A DNA stretch of 50,859 bases. It comes from Dokdonella sp. GTDB taxonomy: Bacteria; Pseudomonadota; Gammaproteobacteria; Xanthomonadales; Rhodanobacteraceae. The notes beneath the pieces are model-generated. The model made no database searches and was not told the DNA's origin. It saw only the letters and a list, made by a program, of their open reading frames with translations. The translations under genes were made by a program, and so were the position numbers. Of this stretch, positions 47,557-50,859 are shown piece after piece (the first letter of the stretch is position 1; each line of letters begins with the position of its first letter). The DNA is taken from positions 1 through 50,859 of the forward strand of contig NZ_JBAWHJ010000124.1 in assembly GCF_049593775.1 (NCBI RefSeq), written 5' to 3'.

Positions 47557-49662
47557 TTGAAGAAAATGCTCAGAGAAACCATCGAACACCATCGTCATGG
47601 CCGCCTGGACGAAGCCGAGAAGGGCTATCGCGAGGCCCTCGCAGCCGATCCGACCAACAGCGAGGCCCTGCGCGGGCTGGGCGCGATCCGCCGCACGCGG
47701 GGCGACCTGGCAGAAAGCGCCGAGTTGATCTCGCGTGCCCACGACCAGGCTCCCGACCAGCCCAAGCTGCTGCTGATGCTGGGATCCGTGCAGCTCGAAT
47801 CCGGCAATATTGACGCGTCCCGGAGTGCCTACGAGCGTGCCTTGACCCTGGATCCGAATCTGGCCGGCGCGCATACGGCGCTGGGCCATATCGCGATGAT
47901 GCAAGGTGACCCCAAGCTCGCCAATGACTACTTCCGCACTGCTCTGCGCGTCGATGAGGATCCTCAGGCGCTGAGCGGACTCGGCACCCTTGCGTTGGAC
48001 GCAGGCGACGCCGAAACGGCACTCAAGTATCTTGCCCGCGCATCCGATCTGGCGCCGAATGACGCCTCGATCGCCTATGCCCTGGGCCGAGGATTCGCGA
48101 AGCGCGGCATGCTGGCGTTCGGCGAGCAGGCCTTCCGCAATGCGCTGCGCCTGCGCCCGGGCCTGCCCCATGCCAACAATGCGTTGGGTCAGTTACTGAT
48201 CCAGGACAAGCGTTCGGCCGAAGCAGAACCCTATTTCCGTGCGCTCCAGGGCGTGCGCGGATTCGAGCTTGTCGCCGAACTGGGTCTGGCGGATACGCTG
48301 CGCATCCAGGAAAAGCTGGAAGACGCCGTCGCTGCCTACCAGCGTGCATTGGTATTGAGGCCGGACCACGAAGCCGGCTTCGAGGCAATGATCTGGTGCT
48401 TGGGCAAGCTGGGTCGTGGGCAGGAAGTCATGAGCCTGATCAACCAGCGCATTGCCGAATTCCCCGAGCAGCTTCGCTGGCGCGCCACCCGCGCGCGCAT
48501 CAGCGGCACCAATGGCCGCCATGCAGATGCGGCAGCCGACTGGAAATGGCTAAGCGAGCGTGATCCGCAGAATCCCGAAGCGGCCGTGCAACTTGCGAGT
48601 GCGCTGGAAGGCAATGGTGAATTTGATCGTGCGGCGGAAGTCGCCGAAGCGGCGGTCAAGCTGGCGCCAGGCGACGCCACGCTGGGTATCATCCGGGTCC
48701 GCGCGTGCATGCGGCGCGGAGACAATGCCGGCGCCCGCGAACTGCTGGATGCGATCAACCTCGGCAGCGCCAACAAGGATGTTGCCCGCGTCTGCAGGAA
48801 TCTTTCCGGACAACTCAATGATCGTGCTGGCAATACGACCGACGCGGTCACGGATTTCCGTGAAGCGCAAAACGGCTTGCCCGGCATGTTGCCCAAGCTT
48901 GAATCGCTGCCGGCAAATTATGCCGCGATGATTGCCAAGCCCGAGGCAAACCCCTGTGACAATGCTCCCGTCCTGTTGATCGGCACACCCGGAAGTGGCG
49001 TGGAGCGTATTGCCGCCCTGCTTTCCGACCAGCCGGGACTGACCGTCCTGCGTGACCGCGTGCAAGGCGTTCGCAAGGATGGCTTCGATACCGCAGCCGC
49101 CATGATCACCGATGGCGAGTTGCCAACGGCATTCATCGAGGAGCAGCGCGAAGGCTATTTCGCGCCCTTGCGCGAGCGCCAGGCCGACTTCAGCCGGCCG
49201 CTGGTCGACTGGGTGCCGCGTTTCGATGCGCATCACCTGCTTTTCGCTCGCAGCGTGCTGCCTGGAACCCGCGTCATCGTGGTCGACAATGATCCGCGCG
49301 ATGCCCTGCTCAACTGGCTGGCATTCGGCTGGCTGCCGTTCGCCGGCCTGAATGATTTCGACAGCTGCCTGGCCTGGCTGGGCCGCGCAATAGCGCATGT
49401 GCGCCTGGTCGCCGAACAGGGCGGCCTGCCGCATCTGGTCGTCAACGCGGACTCGGTGCTGGCCGACCCGGCCGGCGCTGGTGCCGAGCTGGCTCGTTTC
49501 CTCGGCATCGACAGCTTGCAACCCGGCGCATTGAGTCGTCGCGTCGAACAGGGCGCGGCAGGCTTGCCCACGCATTTCGAGGAAGGGCATTGGCAGAAGT
49601 ATTCCGAAGCGCTGGCCGATGCGTTTGGCAGCTTGCCGGGACCACTGGCCAGGGAATCCTGA
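47557..49662 (+). CDS. TPR-repeat protein with C-terminal degenerate sulfotransferase-like domain
   Basis: Roughly 440 aa of TPR-like repeats, then PVLLIGTPGSG, LVDWVP, DPRD, LARFLGI and GHWQKY. Start TTG 47557 or ATG 47566. Confidence 0.82.
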   Translation: MKKMLRETIEHHRHGRLDEAEKGYREALAADPTNSEALRGLGAIRRTRGDLAESAELISRAHDQAPDQPKLLLMLGSVQLESGNIDASRSAYERALTLDPNLAGAHTALGHIAMMQGDPKLANDYFRTALRVDEDPQALSGLGTLALDAGDAETALKYLARASDLAPNDASIAYALGRGFAKRGMLAFGEQAFRNALRLRPGLPHANNALGQLLIQDKRSAEAEPYFRALQGVRGFELVAELGLADTLRIQEKLEDAVAAYQRALVLRPDHEAGFEAMIWCLGKLGRGQEVMSLINQRIAEFPEQLRWRATRARISGTNGRHADAAADWKWLSERDPQNPEAAVQLASALEGNGEFDRAAEVAEAAVKLAPGDATLGIIRVRACMRRGDNAGARELLDAINLGSANKDVARVCRNLSGQLNDRAGNTTDAVTDFREAQNGLPGMLPKLESLPANYAAMIAKPEANPCDNAPVLLIGTPGSGVERIAALLSDQPGLTVLRDRVQGVRKDGFDTAAAMITDGELPTAFIEEQREGYFAPLRERQADFSRPLVDWVPRFDAHHLLFARSVLPGTRVIVVDNDPRDALLNWLAFGWLPFAGLNDFDSCLAWLGRAIAHVRLVAEQGGLPHLVVNADSVLADPAGAGAELARFLGIDSLQPGALSRRVEQGAAGLPTHFEEGHWQKYSEALADAFGSLPGPLARES

Positions 49663-49680
49663 ACTCCTTCGGAGCACACC

Positions 49681-50313
49681 ATGCATATCCGCAGCAAGAG
49701 TTTCCATGACATGCAGCCGATACCGGCCGAGTTTGCCTTCGGCAAGCCCGGACCGGGTGGTGAACCCTGCGTTTTCGCCGATAACCGCAATCCGCATCTG
49801 ACTTGGAGTGATGTGCCCGAGGGCACGCGATCCTTTGTGCTGACCTGTATCGACGTCGATGCACCCACGGTCGGAGACGACGTCAACCAGGAGGGCCGCA
49901 GTGTGCGTTCGGACCTGCCGCGCGGTGAATTCGTGCACTGGCTGATGGTCGACATTCCTGCCGAAATCCGCGAATTCGTTGCCGGCAGTTGCGCCGAGGG
50001 CGTGGTACCGCATGGCGTGCGCACGCCGTTCGGTCCAGCCGGCTCGAAGCAGGGCATCAATGACTACACCGGCTGGTTCGCCGGCGATGCCGACATGGCC
50101 GGCGACTATTACGGCTACGACGGTCCCTGCCCGCCGTGGAATGACCAGCGCATTCATCACTATCACTTTCGCGTTGCCGCCATCGACGTGGCGACGCTCG
50201 GCCTGGAAGGTCGTTTCGACCTTGCCGATCTGCGTCGGGCCATGGAAGGTCATGTGCTGGGTGAAGCGGAGATGGTCGGAACCTATTCGCTCAACGCGGC
50301 TTTGCGGCGCTGA
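49681..50313 (+). CDS. YbhB/YbcL (PEBP, Raf kinase inhibitor-like) protein
   Basis: NPHLTW, DVDAP, FVHW, YDGPCPP, HHYHF; GGAG RBS. Confidence 0.92.
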   Translation: MHIRSKSFHDMQPIPAEFAFGKPGPGGEPCVFADNRNPHLTWSDVPEGTRSFVLTCIDVDAPTVGDDVNQEGRSVRSDLPRGEFVHWLMVDIPAEIREFVAGSCAEGVVPHGVRTPFGPAGSKQGINDYTGWFAGDADMAGDYYGYDGPCPPWNDQRIHHYHFRVAAIDVATLGLEGRFDLADLRRAMEGHVLGEAEMVGTYSLNAALRR

Positions 50314-50326
50314 GCTTGGCATTGCG

Positions 50327-50859
50327 ATGTTGGGCATCGCTGCGCTCAGCGCCAACAACGAAGCGGCAACGCGAGGAAGGCTGGCGAAGCCTGAGCCCCC
50401 GGTTTCGGCGTTTCGACCGCTTCCCATGTGAATTCTGATCGAACCGGAACCCAAACGCACCGGCCCCGCCATCTCGCCGCTCCGGACATGCCAATGTTGG
50501 GCATCGCTGCGCTCAGCACCAACAACGAATCGGCAGCGCGAAGAAGGCTGGCGAAGCCTGAGCCCCAGGTTTCGGCGTTTCGACCGCTTCCCATGTGAAT
50601 TCTGATCGAACCGGAACCCGAACGCACCGGCCCCGCCATCTCGCCGCTCCGGACATGCCGATGTTGGGCATCGCTGCGCTCAGCGCCAACAGCGAAGCGG
50701 CAACGCGAGGAAGGCTGGCGAAGCCTGCGCCCCGGTTTCGGCGTTTCGACCGCTTCCCATGTGAATTCTGATCGAACCGGAACCCGAACGCACCGGCCCC
50801 GCCATCTCGCCGCTCCGGACATGCCGATGTTGGGCATCGCTGCGCTCAGCGCCAACAGC
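50327..50859. repeat. ~167-bp tandem repeat, three full units plus a truncated fourth, each starting with a REP-like palindrome
   Basis: Units begin ATGTTGGGCATCGCTGCGCTCAGC at 50327, 50494, 50661 and 50827 (periods 167, 167, 166) and are near-identical along their full length. Confidence 0.95.

Noticed and set aside
50327..50431. Repeated 34-aa peptide ORF MLGIAALSANNEAATRGRLAKPEPPVSAFRPLPM in each unit
   Set aside because: All five unit1/unit2 differences are non-synonymous and unit 3 is frameshifted by a 1-bp deletion, so there is no sign of coding selection.
48550..50472. 640-aa minus-strand ORF and other long antisense ORFs (e.g. 53..1126, 3914..4984, 11352..12575, 23865..25094)
   Set aside because: Shadow frames of well-supported genes in high-GC DNA, with no recognisable motifs.
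50327..50859. CRISPR array
   Set aside because: The sequences between the palindromes are ~135 bp and nearly identical rather than unique spacers, and there are no cas genes in the window.
1..50859. Prophage, IS element, genomic island, defence system, tRNA or rRNA
   Set aside because: No integrase, transposase, phage, nuclease-effector or structural RNA signatures, and no evident compositional shift. The WYL gene has no adjacent defence genes.

Overview
GC-rich, gene-dense core-genome segment. Gene content and order (XanB2-like chorismatase, phhA with a divergent Lrp, rhodanese-secB-gpsA, hemD-hemX-hemY next to a YiiD_C protein) suggest a Xanthomonadales/Lysobacterales bacterium, possibly Rhodanobacteraceae; this is inference. 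About 50 CDSs are supported. They include uvrD, phhA, folE, lemA, trmL, gpsA, secB, hemD/X/Y and srkA, plus a membrane Ser/Thr kinase, a kinase/receiver/hybrid-kinase triplet, a VOC + WYL regulator pair, a GGDEF protein, TerC/Alx under a yybP-ykoY (Mn2+) riboswitch, a Ycf46-like AAA ATPase, a TPR protein with a degenerate sulfotransferase-like domain and a YbhB/YbcL protein. I see no transposase, integrase, phage gene, tRNA/rRNA or CRISPR array. The notable non-coding features are three different REP-type palindromes, one of them built into a mosaic ~167-bp tandem array that runs off the right edge; a perfect 9-6-9 inverted repeat with an adjacent -10-like box upstream of the VOC-WYL pair; and an unannotated leader at ~30.8-30.95 kb with an RBS-sequestering stem crossed by a second helix. 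No clear new multi-gene system can be proven from the sequence alone. The best leads are the WYL operator module, the candidate cis-regulatory RNA, the REP tandem array and the AAA / TPR-pseudo-sulfotransferase / PEBP locus. Start codons were re-picked by eye and are provisional.
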